A DNA stretch of 39,866 nt, from positions 1 to 39,866 of the forward strand of contig CAXHJY010000167.1 in the NCBI GenBank assembly GCA_964016885.1, written 5' to 3'. Numbering within the stretch: the stretch's first letter is position 1; each line of letters starts with the position of its first letter. A program made the translations under genes and the position numbers. This document shows positions 1-14,118 of the stretch, in pieces. The stretch comes from Eledone cirrhosa (Eukaryota). The notes below the pieces were generated by a model. That model ran no database searches and had not been told where the DNA came from. It was given only the letters and a program-made list of their open reading frames with translations.

Positions 1-2825
<2,825 letters not shown>

Positions 2826-2971
2826 GCGGCGATGAATTAGTTTTGCGAGGTTTTTTATATGAAATCGTGTGTCGAAACAGATATTGTTATATATATATTC
2901 TGGCAATATATATATATATATATATATATTCTGGCAATATTACGCAAATATGACCCTCCCCAAATATAACA

Positions 2972-2986
2972 ATATATATGTATATA

Positions 2987-3067
<81 letters not shown>

Positions 3068-3282
3068 ATATATATATGTATGTATATATATATGTATATG
3101 TATGTATATATATATGTATATGTATGTATATATATATGTATATATATGTGTATATATATATGTATATATATATGTATATATATATGTATGTATATATGTA
3201 TGTATATATATATGTATGTATATATATATGTATGTATATATATATGTATGTATATATATATGTATGTATATATATATGTATG

Positions 3283-3313
<31 letters not shown>

Positions 3314-3484
3314 GTATGTATATATATATGTATGTATATATATATATATGTATATATATATGTATGTATATATATATATATGTATATATATATATGTATG
3401 TATATATATATATATGTATATATATATATGTATGTATATATATATGTATGTATATATATATATATGTATATATATATATGTATG

Positions 3485-3515
<31 letters not shown>

Positions 3516-3549
3516 GTATATATATATATGTATGTATATATATATATAT
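2972..3549. repeat. (TA)n/(TATG)n compound microsatellite
   Basis: Pure (TA)n followed by repeated TATGTATG(TA)n units. Confidence 0.97.
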
Positions 3550-3611
3550 GTATATCTATATCTAACATTCTACTGAGAATATATGTATATATATATATAT
3601 GTATATCTATA

Positions 3612-4817
3612 TCTAACATTCTACTGAGAAAGCTGTCCAATATTGGTGTCACTGGAAAGCTGCTGCAGTGGATCAAGAGCTTCCTGTCAAACAGAACCCA
3701 ACATGTTGTAGTTGAGGGAGTCAAATCAAGCCCAGCCAAAGTCAGTAGTGGAGTCCCACAAGGCACTGTGTTGGGCCCACTTCTCTTCATCATCTATATT
3801 AATGACATCACTGACATCATCAAACACAGCAACATTAAAATTTTCGCTGATGATTCCAAGCTCCAAAAGGTCATCAATGGCGTGGATGACCGGATAAGCC
3901 TTCAGTCAGACCTACTGGCTGTTACCCAATGGGCAGAAAAGAACAACATGTTACTGAACGAAGACAAATTCGAACTGATCCACTTTGGAAAAGAGGATGC
4001 TCTGAAACTCCCGTACTCCCTTCCCTCCGGGGAAACTCTCGTGGCATCTAACAACATCAGAGACTTGGGAGTAACCGTGGACAGCAACATAAGCTGGACC
4101 ACGCATATAAGCAGCAAAGTTGACATGGCCCGCAGAATGTGTTCCTGGATCCTCAGAACCTTCCAGTCGAGAGATTCCCGCACCATTATCCTTCTCTTCT
4201 CTACTTTCGCCCGACCACACCTTGAATACTGTTGTCCACTGTGGTCTCCCCACACGAAACAAAGTATCATGAAACTTGAAGCTCCTCAAAGGGCAATCAC
4301 GAAAAAGATAGATGGCATGTCAGACCTTGACTACTGGGGTCGATTGGAAAACCTGAAACTTTACTCACTCCAACGTCGCCGTGAGCGTTATATTATCTGC
4401 ATGATGTGGAAAATGTTCCATCATCACTGCCCAAATGATGTTGGCATCGCCTTCAAGATACACCCAAGGCTTGGGCCCCGTGCTATCCGTCCCATTCAAA
4501 AATCTAAATCGCAACTCATAACAACAATACGGCACAATTATTTCACCTCAATCGGCCCTGCTCTCTTCAACATCACACCAGGACACGTCAAAACAGAAAC
4601 TGACCACACAAAATTCAAGAAGTCTTTGGACAAATTCCTCCAAGTAATCCCGGACAAACCACCCACACCCGGATATGTCTCCGCAAACAGTAATTCTCTT
4701 CTCGAATGGGCCATGGTGCCCAAATCCTGAATTGAAAGACTTCGCCAGGTGGTGCTATTAAGTTAGACATGGCCTGGGCCAATACTGGCCAAAACATTTC
4801 AAAGTTATTCAAAGTTA
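3612..4817 (+). mobile_element. 5'-truncated CR1-group (CR1/L2/Daphne-like) non-LTR retrotransposon
   Basis: RT motifs [20 protein letters not shown] and IFADDSKL; C-terminal [13 protein letters not shown] and [11 protein letters not shown]; short 3' UTR ending in tandem (TTCAAAGTTA)2 at 4798-4817, a CR1-type tail; flanked by (TA)n on both sides. Confidence 0.9.
3615..4730 (+). CDS. Reverse transcriptase, C-terminal ~370 aa of LINE ORF2 (5'-partial, uninterrupted)
   Basis: Non-repetitive part of track ORF 3102..4730 ([11 protein letters not shown]...EWAMVPKS*); no internal stop or frameshift. The upstream IY-rich part is microsatellite read-through. Confidence 0.85.
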   Translation, partial: NILLRKLSNIGVTGKLLQWIKSFLSNRTQHVVVEGVKSSPAKVSSGVPQGTVLGPLLFIIYINDITDIIKHSNIKIFADDSKLQKVINGVDDRISLQSDLLAVTQWAEKNNMLLNEDKFELIHFGKEDALKLPYSLPSGETLVASNNIRDLGVTVDSNISWTTHISSKVDMARRMCSWILRTFQSRDSRTIILLFSTFARPHLEYCCPLWSPHTKQSIMKLEAPQRAITKKIDGMSDLDYWGRLENLKLYSLQRRRERYIICMMWKMFHHHCPNDVGIAFKIHPRLGPRAIRPIQKSKSQLITTIRHNYFTSIGPALFNITPGHVKTETDHTKFKKSLDKFLQVIPDKPPTPGYVSANSNSLLEWAMVPKS

Positions 4818-4890
4818 TATATGTATGTATATATATATATATGTATATATATATATGTATATATATATATGTATATATATATATATGTAT
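4818..4890. repeat. (TA)n/TATG microsatellite spacer between two LINE fragments
   Basis: Direct inspection. Confidence 0.95.
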
Positions 4891-5528
4891 ATGCTCCGAT
4901 GGATGTGTAACAGTAATATACGTGAACGACAAAGCATAAATGAATTGAGAGAGAGACTGAGCATAAGAGGAATCAAATGCTGCGTGCAGGAGAGGCGGTT
5001 ACGCTGGTATGGACATGTGATGCGTATGAAGGATGACAGCTGCATAAAAAGGTGCAGAGCACTAGAAGTTGATGGAAACCGCGGAGTGGGGAGACCCAAG
5101 ATGACTTGGGATGAGGTGATAAAAGCCGACCTTACCCAACTACACCTCTCAAAGTCAATGACACACGACCGTGACTTCTGGCGTCACGCAGTAATACAGG
5201 GTACCCGACCTCCCATGGGTACATGCTGAAGCATATAAACAATATGCCCCCCCCCCCACCGCAAGGTGGTCGTGGAGGTGCCACGGCAAAAAAGCACCTA
5301 GCCCACACTGTAAAGTGGACGTGTAGGCGCCACGAAAAAGCACCCAGCACTCACTGTAAATGAGGTTGGTGTTAGGAAGGGCATCCAGCTGTAGAAATCA
5401 AGCCAGATCAGTTCCTGTATGAGCAAGGCATGGTCAGCCGACCAGGCACTGCCCACAACAGGACAACCCGTCTAACCCATGCTAGCGTGGAAGAACGGAC
5501 GTAAAACGGTGATGATGATGATGATGAT
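4891..5528 (+). mobile_element. RTE-clade LINE 3' fragment with 3' UTR and (GAT)n tail
   Basis: Translation MLRWMC...ELRERL...RRLRWYGHVMRM...GNRGVGRPKMTW...DRDFWR (stop 5229) is the typical RTE ORF C-terminus; the UTR ends in (GAT)6 at 5511-5528. Confidence 0.88.
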
Positions 5529-6527
5529 ATATATATATGTATATATATATATGTATATATATATATATGTATATATATATATGTATATATATATATGTAT
5601 GTATATATATGTATATATATATATGTATATATATATATATGTATATATATATATGTATATATATATATGTATATACATATATGTATATACATATATGTAT
5701 ATATATATATATGTATATATATATATGTATATATATATATGTATATATATATATGTATATATATATATGTATATATATATATGTATGTATATATATGTAT
5801 ATATATATATGTATGTATATATATGTATATATATATATGTATATGTATATATGTATATATATATATGTATGTATATATATGTATATATATATATGTATAT
5901 ATATATATGTATATATATATATGTATATACATATATGTATATACATATATGTATATATATATATATGTATATATATATATGTGTATATATATATATGTAT
6001 ATATATATATGTATATATATATATGTATATACATATATGTATATACATATATGTATATATATATATATGTATATATATATATGTGTATATATATATATAT
6101 GTATATATATATGTATATATATATGTATATATGTATATATATATATGTATATATATATATGTATATATATATATGTATATATATATATGTATATATATAT
6201 ATGTATATATATATATGTATATATATATATGTATATATATATATGTATATATATATATGTATATATATATATGTATATATATATATGTATATATATATAT
6301 GTATATATATATATGTATATATATATATGTATATATATATATGTATATATATATATGTATATATATATATGTATATATATATATGTATATATGTATATGT
6401 ATATATGTATATGTATATATGTATATATGTATATGTATATATGTATATATATATATGTATATATATATATGTATATATATATATGTATATATATATATGT
6501 ATATATATATATGTATATATATATATG

Positions 6528-6572
<45 letters not shown>

Positions 6573-6625
6573 GTATGTATATATATATATGTATGTATAT
6601 ATATATGTATATATATATAGGTATG

Positions 6626-6704
<79 letters not shown>

Positions 6705-6817
6705 GTATATATATATATGTATATATATATGTGTATGTATGTATGTATGTATGTATATGTATGTATGTATGTATGTATATGTATGTATATATATATGTAT
6801 GTATGTATGTATATATG

Positions 6818-6855
<38 letters not shown>
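5529..6855. repeat. Interrupted (TA)n array with a regular 12-bp GTATATATATAT unit
   Basis: Near-perfect 12-bp periodicity at ~6130-6380, grading to (TATG)n near 6730-6820. Confidence 0.97.
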
Positions 6856-6856
<1 letters not shown>

Positions 6857-6928
6857 CACACTTACAAATACACATGTATATTTCTATACACACATGTATA
6901 TAAAAATATATATATTTATATATATATA

Positions 6929-7904
6929 CTAGCAACAGGACCCGGCGTTGCACGCGGTAGGAAACGTGAAATAGCAACACACATATGCAAAGATTGAGGA
7001 ATGTAGCTGTGTACTTTTTGAATTCCCTTATTCTCGGGGAATGATTGAGGAGCGACGTAGTCAATTGTGTGAACACCAAGTAGGGATGTACGTTTAAGTA
7101 GGGATATTGAGATGACGAAATCAGCGTGGCAACGCAGCTGCAGCTGAAGGGGATCATAGTGCAATTAGCACAAATGCTGGGCGGCACTGGTTGCACTGTG
7201 TTTACACAGAGGTGCGACAAAAGGGGTCACCGCGGAATTAGCACAACCGCTGTTGGGCGTACTTGCGCAGGGCGTTCATACTGCAGTGTAGGTGCAGCAA
7301 AAGGGGTTTTAGTAGAAGTAGCACAGACGTGAGTTTTACGGTGTCAATAACACAGCAACGTACACGGCCCGGATTTGCGCGTGATGAAAGCACGAAGCGT
7401 CAACAGGGCGCCGACAAAAATGTTAAGGTCCTCCTCCTCATTTTCACAATTCCCCGAAAATGGTCTTGCTTAAAAGTAAGTATTGTGTCCTCTGTTAAAT
7501 AAACCAAATTTTCAACGAAATATTATACGCCACTTTAGTAGCGTTTATATTGAAAATGAAAATGGCATGTAATGCCCAATGCTAATTCGTAAATTTTCTA
7601 GAAACCATTAATGGAATTGAAAATATTTTTTTTGTCCACAGCAATGCGAGGAGACTAACTAATGTGTGCTGTAAATTTCGAGGAAATTGGCTGGCTTATC
7701 CTTAAGTTACGCCTCAAAAAGGCCTAAAAAGGCCTTTAAAATGCGTTTTTTTGCCTAATGCAGAAAAAGTTTTTAAAATTCCATTACACTTCAATAAATA
7801 TAAGTAACGCATGTGTAAAGTTTGAAAAAAATCGGTCGGGTACTTCTCGAGTTTTACGGATTTGCAGACAGACATCCTCTGTTTTATATATAGAGAGAGA
7901 GAGA
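6929..7904 (-). mobile_element. Non-autonomous Helitron-like element
   Basis: Minus strand starts A|TCTCTC..TATATATAAAACAGAGGATGTCTGTCTG (7904) and ends with a GC hairpin (plus strand CCGGCGT-TGC-ACGCGG, 6942-6957) then CTAG|T (6932-6929): canonical A|TC...hairpin-CTRR|T, no TSD. Confidence 0.8.
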
Positions 7905-7937
7905 TAAAAAGTATTTATATATGAGTATATAAATATT

Positions 7938-7955
7938 GTGTGTGTGTGTGTGCGC

Positions 7956-7998
<43 letters not shown>

Positions 7999-8097
7999 AG
8001 GTAGGTAAACAAGCAGAAACAAATAGGAACAAAAACAGAAAGCCAGGTGCCCCTCACTGTTTTTGCTTCTATTTCTGTTTATTTACCTACTATCCTT

Positions 8098-8128
<31 letters not shown>

Positions 8129-8180
8129 GCACACGCGCACGCGCACACGCACACACTCTCTCTTTCTCTCTTTCTCTCCC
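7938..8180. repeat. Cluster of short (GT)n, (TA)n, (CT)n and (CA)n microsatellites
   Basis: Direct inspection. Confidence 0.85.
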
Positions 8181-8486
8181 CACATCTCTCACAAATAGTC
8201 TTTTTATTTTATGTGTCTGTATGTTTACGCACTTGTTTTCGCCTGTGCGCCTATACACAATACGTACATACACATATTCACATCAATTTTCTGTGAGAAA
8301 TGCAATACCCTTTCGTCTGGATAAGAAGCAGATCGTTATATTATGCGTATCATAAGCCGTGACAGCACCGTAGCTGGTATACAATTGGCTTGATTGATTT
8401 ATCCCTTAAACTTTCTAACCTTAACCTACCGAAATTATTCTCTGAAGGTTGTTGCTGATACAGCAACCCTTGTCATTTTTCTTACT

Positions 8487-9192
8487 GTTGGTTGTGTTGT
8501 TGTTGTTGTTGTTGGTGACTGTCGTGACGGTGATGTTGGTGGCGGTAGTGCTGGGGTGATGCTGGTGGTGGTGTTGGGGTGATGTTGGTGGTGGCGGTAG
8601 TGCTGTGATGTTGGTGGCAGTAGTGCTGGGGTGAGAGTGATGTTATTGGTGGCGGTAGTGTTGGGGTGAGGGTGGTGGTGTTGGGGTGATGTTGGTGGTG
8701 GCGGTAGTGCTGTGATGTTGGTGGCAGTAGTGCTGGGGTGAGAGTGATGTTATTGGTGGCGGTAGTGTTGGGGTGAGGGTGGTGGTGTTGGGGTGAGAGT
8801 GATGTTATTGGTGGCGGTAGTGTTGGGGTGAGGGTGGTGGTGTTGGTGGCGGTAATGCTGGTGTGAGGGTGATGTTGGTGGTGGCGATGGGATGATGTTG
8901 GTGGTGGTGGTGGAGTGCTGGGGTGATGGTGATGTTGGTGGTAGTGTTGGGGTGGTGGTGGTGGTGGTGGTGGAGTGCTAGGGTGAGGTGATGTTGGTGG
9001 CGGTAGTGCTGGGGTGATGTTGATGGTGGTGGCGGTAGTGCTGGGGTGATGTTGGTGGTGGCGGTGGAGTGATGTGGTATTGAGGTGACGGTGATGTTAT
9101 TGTTGTTGTTGGTGGTACTGTGGTGATGTGGGGGTGACTGTGTTGACGGTGATGCTGGTGGTGGCGCGGGTGGTGAGGTGACGGTGCTGGTG
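8487..9192. repeat. Degenerate (GGT/GTT/GAT)n G/T-rich minisatellite
   Basis: Recurring unit resembling GATGTTGGTGGCGGTAGTGCTGGGGT with higher-order duplications; strong G+T strand skew. Confidence 0.92.
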
Positions 9193-9385
9193 TTTAGCTC
9201 AGGTTAACTCTGATCAAGAAATCCTATGATCAAAAGTGTTCAAACAGTAATTATCTCGTTTTTAAAGATATGTGTATAAGATAACATGTTAAGGTGTATC
9301 ATGGTATATCTCGTACTATAGTATCTAATTTCTAAAGTATATTTTTTTAAGGAGAACATGTGAGTTGCATTTATGTGATTTCAGT
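9192..9385 (+). mobile_element. Diverged copy of an interspersed repeat (family B)
   Basis: CAGGTTAACTCTGATCAAGAAATCCTATGATCAAAAG matches 23065-23245 (CAGGTTAACCCTAAACGAGAAGATCTATGATCAAAG). Confidence 0.55.
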
Positions 9386-9422
9386 GAGGTGGGGTGTGTG
9401 TTATAGATTTTGATTATGTGAC

Positions 9423-9578
9423 CAGAGCTGGCCTTAGGGTGGTGCCGTGCTCTATTAGATGTTATATAGATATTGCAATCAATGTGGTGTCAGTAATTAA
9501 GGAGCCGAGAGTAAATTAATCTGGAGGTGCGGAGCCGATTTGGGTGCAATTGGTCTAATTGGCTTAAGTTCGGCCCTG
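9423..9578. mobile_element. Old MITE with CAGGGCCG-type TIRs (hAT-like)
   Basis: Left end CAGAGCTGGCCTTAG; reverse complement of right end CAGGGCCGAACTTAAG; flanking 8-mers TATGTGAC / GGTGTGAG share 5/8, a possible decayed 8-bp TSD. Confidence 0.5.
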
Positions 9579-10125
9579 GGTGTGAGGGATATGGAGGTGC
9601 AAGTGATGTAGAATTAGTTTATTCACCCACTTAGTTGTCTCGGTGCTGTGCTAAGTGACATTCGCTACCAGTGATACTTTGTATAGCACCGGCGGAACTC
9701 CGACCTGCTGGCAGTCTTGAAGAAGTAAAGAGATAGGAGTGTATGGTGTAAGTTGAGAACGGGTGATATATGGTGTATGATGTGTTACCATAATTAAGTA
9801 GTGAGTGGATGATGTAATAGGTGCAGATATACAACAGTAAATGGCCGAGAATATACTGGCTTTAAAGGTGAGAAAGACGTCAGTAGTATTTGGAGTGGCT
9901 ACGTACCTGTCAAGGAGACGGGTAGGTGTGGATACTAACTAATACAGACAGTTTAGAATAACAAACGATCTGCCTCTGCTTTAGCAGTGGCTAACACGTG
10001 AGAAGAGATCCAAGAGGGGAAGTATGGTTCGTGTCAGCCTTGGTTGAGCAACACTTAAACCGAGCAGGTCCACGACCAAAGCCATTTCAGCCGTAATCAT
10101 TCCACTTTTCTTACATTATTTCGAT

Positions 10126-10200
10126 GGATTGGCAGTATCGATAGAGGGTCGGACGCCATGCTTTCACGCATAGTTACGGCCCTTTCCATTCTGAATTCAA
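10126..10200 (+). mobile_element. tRNA-derived SINE family A, 5' head only
   Basis: GGATTGGCAGTATCGATAGAGGGTCGGACGCCATGC is nearly identical to the head of the 21418 copy. Confidence 0.8.
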
Positions 10201-10254
10201 TTATTTCAGAAAAATAATATATCTCGTATCACATTATCCAATATTTCCTCTTTT

Positions 10255-10560
10255 TTAAAAGGAGTTGCTAGCATTGATGAGACGAAGGATATGATTGTTA
10301 CAAGGAGGTAAAGGGAGTGAAATATCTTCAATGAGGGGTTGGAGATAATTAAATGAGTTTAGACGATTTGAGAGCGCACTAGAAACATCAAATAGAGATG
10401 TAATGAAGAGAGACTTGAGGCCAGTCTGGTTGCAGTTTTCTGCTGTTAAGAAACTAGATGAGATGGGGGAGAGGGTTATTTCTACGTCGTCTTTCAGACC
10501 AAACGTATGGTACAGCCTGTACAGCGTAGATGGATTACACAGAGAGATTAGAGTCGTATA
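10255..10560 (-). pseudogene. Possible highly decayed LINE RT C-terminal fragment
   Basis: Translation CNPSTLYRLYHTF...PISSSF weakly resembles the Jockey/I-group region downstream of the RT core; frameshifts likely. Confidence 0.25.
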
Positions 10561-10569
10561 AGACATTTT

Positions 10570-11098
10570 TCTTTTACTGGTTTCAATCATTAAACTGCGG
10601 CCATACTGGGATACCACATTGATTTAGTTGATCTTGATCATATCGATACCAATACTTATTTCTTCAAGTCTGATACGTATTTTACTGGTCTCTTTTTCGT
10701 TTAGCCGCTAAGTTACATTTCATAAACATAGACACAAACAGAAATGTAAACACGGCCACACGCACACATACATATATATATTTATATTATATTATATTAT
10801 AAGAACAGATTGAAGTTTAAGCTAAGAAGATCCTGTTAAGGGTGAAAGCAGTGATTCTTTGATTAAACTTTAATCTGTTCTTATAATAAATATTTGCTCT
10901 ACGGACTTATATATATATATTATATATATAATCCTTATAGAGCCCTCTTCGGATTTTAGTCTTCACATTTATTATTGCTATATATGTATAGTATGACGAA
11001 CTTCTTTAGTTTCCGTTTACCGAATTTCACTCACAAGGCATTGATCAACCCGAAGTTATAGTAGAAAATACTTGCTCAGGGTGCCGCACAGCGGGACA
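10570..11098 (-). mobile_element. Composite SINE (CORE-like head, internal CA/TA microsatellite, 3' body) interrupted by a hairpin insert
   Basis: Minus strand GGCACCCTGAGCAAGTATTTTCTACTATAAC resembles the CORE-SINE TTG(G/A)GCAAG motif; the body ACTGCGGCCATACTGG...CCGCTAAGTTAC resembles an abundant cephalopod SINE (recognised from memory). Confidence 0.6.
10795..10888. repeat. 26-bp inverted repeat with 42-nt spacer inside (TA)n
   Basis: TATTATAAGAACAGATTGAAGTTTAA (10795-10820) vs TTAAACTTTAATCTGTTCTTATAATA (10863-10888); one G-T mismatch. Confidence 0.9.
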
Positions 11099-11539
11099 GA
11101 TAAGTATATCCCAGTTATCAGGATCAAAAACAGTTTCGGTTCTTTGATGCATTCGGCCCATTTTTATGAAATAGTCCCCAGGGAGAAGTACAAAAAAACA
11201 AGCAAAAGACATGGCTCGAAAGAAATACGAGAGGAAAATAATAATAAAAAAAGTAAGAAAAAGACATGAGTCTTACGACGGGGAAGGAGGGAAAATAAAT
11301 GATATAGACAATAACAGTTAAACAATAAGGTTTTATGTTCAATATAATACATAGAGGAATCGCAAACACAAGGTTCTAAAAACCTCCGCTAAGTACAAAC
11401 CACTACCTCCCTACGGACAACTGACACTGCACACCAGGTCCGAACACGGTAAAGCTGAACTCCCACTGTCATCGCCTCCGTCTCTCTCGCCCTCCCCACC
11501 TTTCTGTATTATGAGCAAATGGTGTCCCACGTGCTGGCC

Positions 11540-11755
11540 GCCCCACGGCCCCGGTGGACAGAATGGAGAAGGCGTTTCCTCGGAGGATGGTAAGGGAGAT
11601 GCGCTGGAAGAGCCATTCCATCTCGCGAGGCTCACACCTGCGGCTATCCGGCTCAGTGCCTATGGTGGCATGTAGGGAGGTAGCCCTAAGGTCAAGGACA
11701 CCAGAAGTCTCCACTGCTAGGGGCACGACCGCAAACCTGTCGGAGACCGACCGAT
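11540..11755 (-). mobile_element. CRE-clade non-LTR retrotransposon 3' fragment (restriction-like endonuclease end)
   Basis: VPLAVETSGVL...REMEWLFQRISLTILRGNAFSIL matches the CRE RLE tail consensus PxAxETxG...QRxSxxxxRGNA; homologous to 15660-15980. Confidence 0.8.
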
Positions 11756-12063
11756 GTATGAGGTTAACTTAAAACCAAACTAATAGACGTAAAACCACAC
11801 GAATAAACTGATAATAATAATTTATTTATGGAATATATCATGTAAATGCAGTTTAATAGAAAAAGAAAAAAAGAAAATTTAGATTGAGAAGAATAGAATG
11901 TAAAATAGGAAAATATAAAAAAACACGGAAAAGGTGGAAAATGGCAAGGACTCTAGTGTCACATAAGGTGGTGGAGGAGTAAGGTGAATGGGTTCTGGGC
12001 CTAGGGCGCGGCGGTAAAGAGGCTGCGCCATACGAACAAAACCGCAAAAACATTTAACATCAA

Positions 12064-12532
12064 CGTTAAAGTCTTTCAACTGACAGAGAATGTAACAGAG
12101 GTGCATAATGATAACGACTAAAGATACATAAGAGTTACATCTGGTGAAGAAGAAAGCACGTCTCGCCACTTTCGTGGTCACAAGCACATAAGAAAATAGC
12201 AGAAAATGAAGATAGCAAGGAAATTCCCAACAAAGTGAAGGTGGGAGGGGCATTCCACGAGTGGCAGATTAGACTTCTCTTTTTCTCTCCTCCTCCTTCC
12301 ACCTCACTCTCTCTTCCTCTCTCCCCTTTGCCTGCAGTCTAATCTGTTAGACATGGCCTGTCTCTATCATCTTCACTCCATGCTAGGATTGTCCCTGCTA
12401 TATGTATTTCCTGTTGCTGTCCTTTTTTCTGTGACCATGAAAGATGTCAAGACGTGCTCTCAACTTCACCAGACGTTATCATTGTGTACTTGTTACACTC
12501 TCTGTTCACAGTTGAAAGGAACGTTTTTAACG
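12064..12532. repeat. Old diverged inverted repeat, ~200-bp arms around a CT-rich spacer
   Basis: The minus strand of 12064-12275 aligns to 12336-12532 (AGTCTAATCTG; TGTGACCAyGAAAG..AGACGTGCT..CTTCACCAGA; CGTTATCATT..TGTTACA.TCTCTGT..CAGTTGAAAG). Confidence 0.8.
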
Positions 12533-13072
12533 TTTATTAGTTTTGTTTTAAGTTAACCTCAGACATAAAACCTTATTGTTTAATTAGTATTGTCTCTATA
12601 TTTTATTTTTCCTTCTTCCCTGTCGAAGAACTCTTGTCTTGTTCGCCTTGTTTTGTGTGGAATTCTATATAGAATTGTAGTGTTAGCGACTAATAGAGTC
12701 CCTTTTTTATGTACTTGTAAGTGCATGATTAACCGACGAGAAAGTGCCGAATATGGGCATGGTTGATGGAGATATGAAGGTTTCAAAACCTTCATACATG
12801 CATGGATTTAGGAACTCTGCTATCCCAAAACTAAGCATAAAGAACTCAAACGAAAAATAAAATTATCAAACAGGAGCGCAGTCATATTTTTGATATAATG
12901 TTTGAAAGAAAAACTTTTCTCTACTTATATAAATGTAATGTGTGTGTGCATAGTCGCTGTGAAAATATAACCACTGGTTTAGACCGGGCTTCAGCAACCG
13001 AAAGTCCTCTGACTGTGGAGACGCAGATTTGATAACACAGCGTTCTTTTGAATGTGGATAACATATAAGACT

Positions 13073-13620
13073 GTCAACTTTGTAGCATTATGTAAATTTT
13101 CCCTCGCCTGGAATAGTTTATTTATATTTTTCGTAAGAACATAGATATTTTCTTTAACTTTGGCACAAGTGGTATAAATTATCTGAGTATTATGAAATAC
13201 GAAACTAGTCAGATGATCCTACCTTTCGCTGTCGAAGCCCTTGCAGCTTGTCCTCAGATTATAATTTCACCACGGAATTAGACATATTTATCAAACACAT
13301 TGTAGATAATTCCCGTGTATTTATTCATAACCACGGTGTGTTGTACTGTTGTTAATAAATCCGGGTCGTCAACATTATACCAATATGTATATTTCTACAT
13401 CAACAACAGTAAGTTTGCGTTTTCAGAAAAAGATATTCTTCTTAACTTCAGAAATTTGAGAGGTGAGGTAAGCGACTGTTGATAAGTATTAAGAAATATG
13501 AAACTAGTTGAACGAAACTTGCTCTCGACTGCCGAAGCCCCTGCGGTTTATCCACAGGTTTTATTTTCATAAAGAGATTAAATATATGTTTATTACACTT
13601 ATTGTATATGATTTCCCTAT
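13073..13620. repeat. Diverged tandem duplication, ~295-300-bp unit, about 2 copies
   Basis: Shared anchors GTCAAC..TATGTA.ATTT, AGATATT.T..TTAACTT, GAAATAyGAAACTAGT and CTGyCGAAGCCCyTGC recur at a ~295-299-bp offset. Confidence 0.75.
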
Positions 13621-13859
13621 ATCCATAACGATGTTTTTTTTTGTTTTTTTTTTGCGTATATATGTAGGTATGTGTGTATGTGCAAGTGTATGTACTTGAA
13701 ATCGTGTTGACACCTACCAGAGAGTTGGTTAGTGAGGTTTTTTTCGTTTGTCCGTTTTGCTACTGTTTCTTTGTGCGTAATTAGTTTTCAATTTCACTAT
13801 TGTTGATACGAACCGACGGAGTGTTTGTCATACATACATCCATATAATCAACCTGTTAC

Positions 13860-13890
<31 letters not shown>

Positions 13891-13894
13891 TAGT

Positions 13895-14056
13895 TCAAGA
13901 ATAGACAAGGCAAACACAGAGATGTAAAAATACAAAGTCTTATTTGTTTCACGCTTGGGGAAAAAGTAAACGATGGTTTCCACGTATCGGACATAAGTCC
14001 TTCTTCAGGAAATGGAGAGTTCAGAGAGAGAGAAGAGGTTGGAACAACGGAGTTTG

Positions 14057-14058
<2 letters not shown>
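13895..14058 (-). mobile_element. PLE-like pseudo-LTR fragment with degenerate hammerhead
   Basis: Minus strand TTTC-CTGAAGA-A-GGAC-TTAT-GTCC-GATA-CGTG-GAAA at 14012-13977 (GAAA to GATA; G at the cleavage position); the flank TTTCACGCTTG resembles the 19520-19657 element; bounded by (TA)n on both sides. Confidence 0.6.
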
Positions 14059-14118
<60 letters not shown>

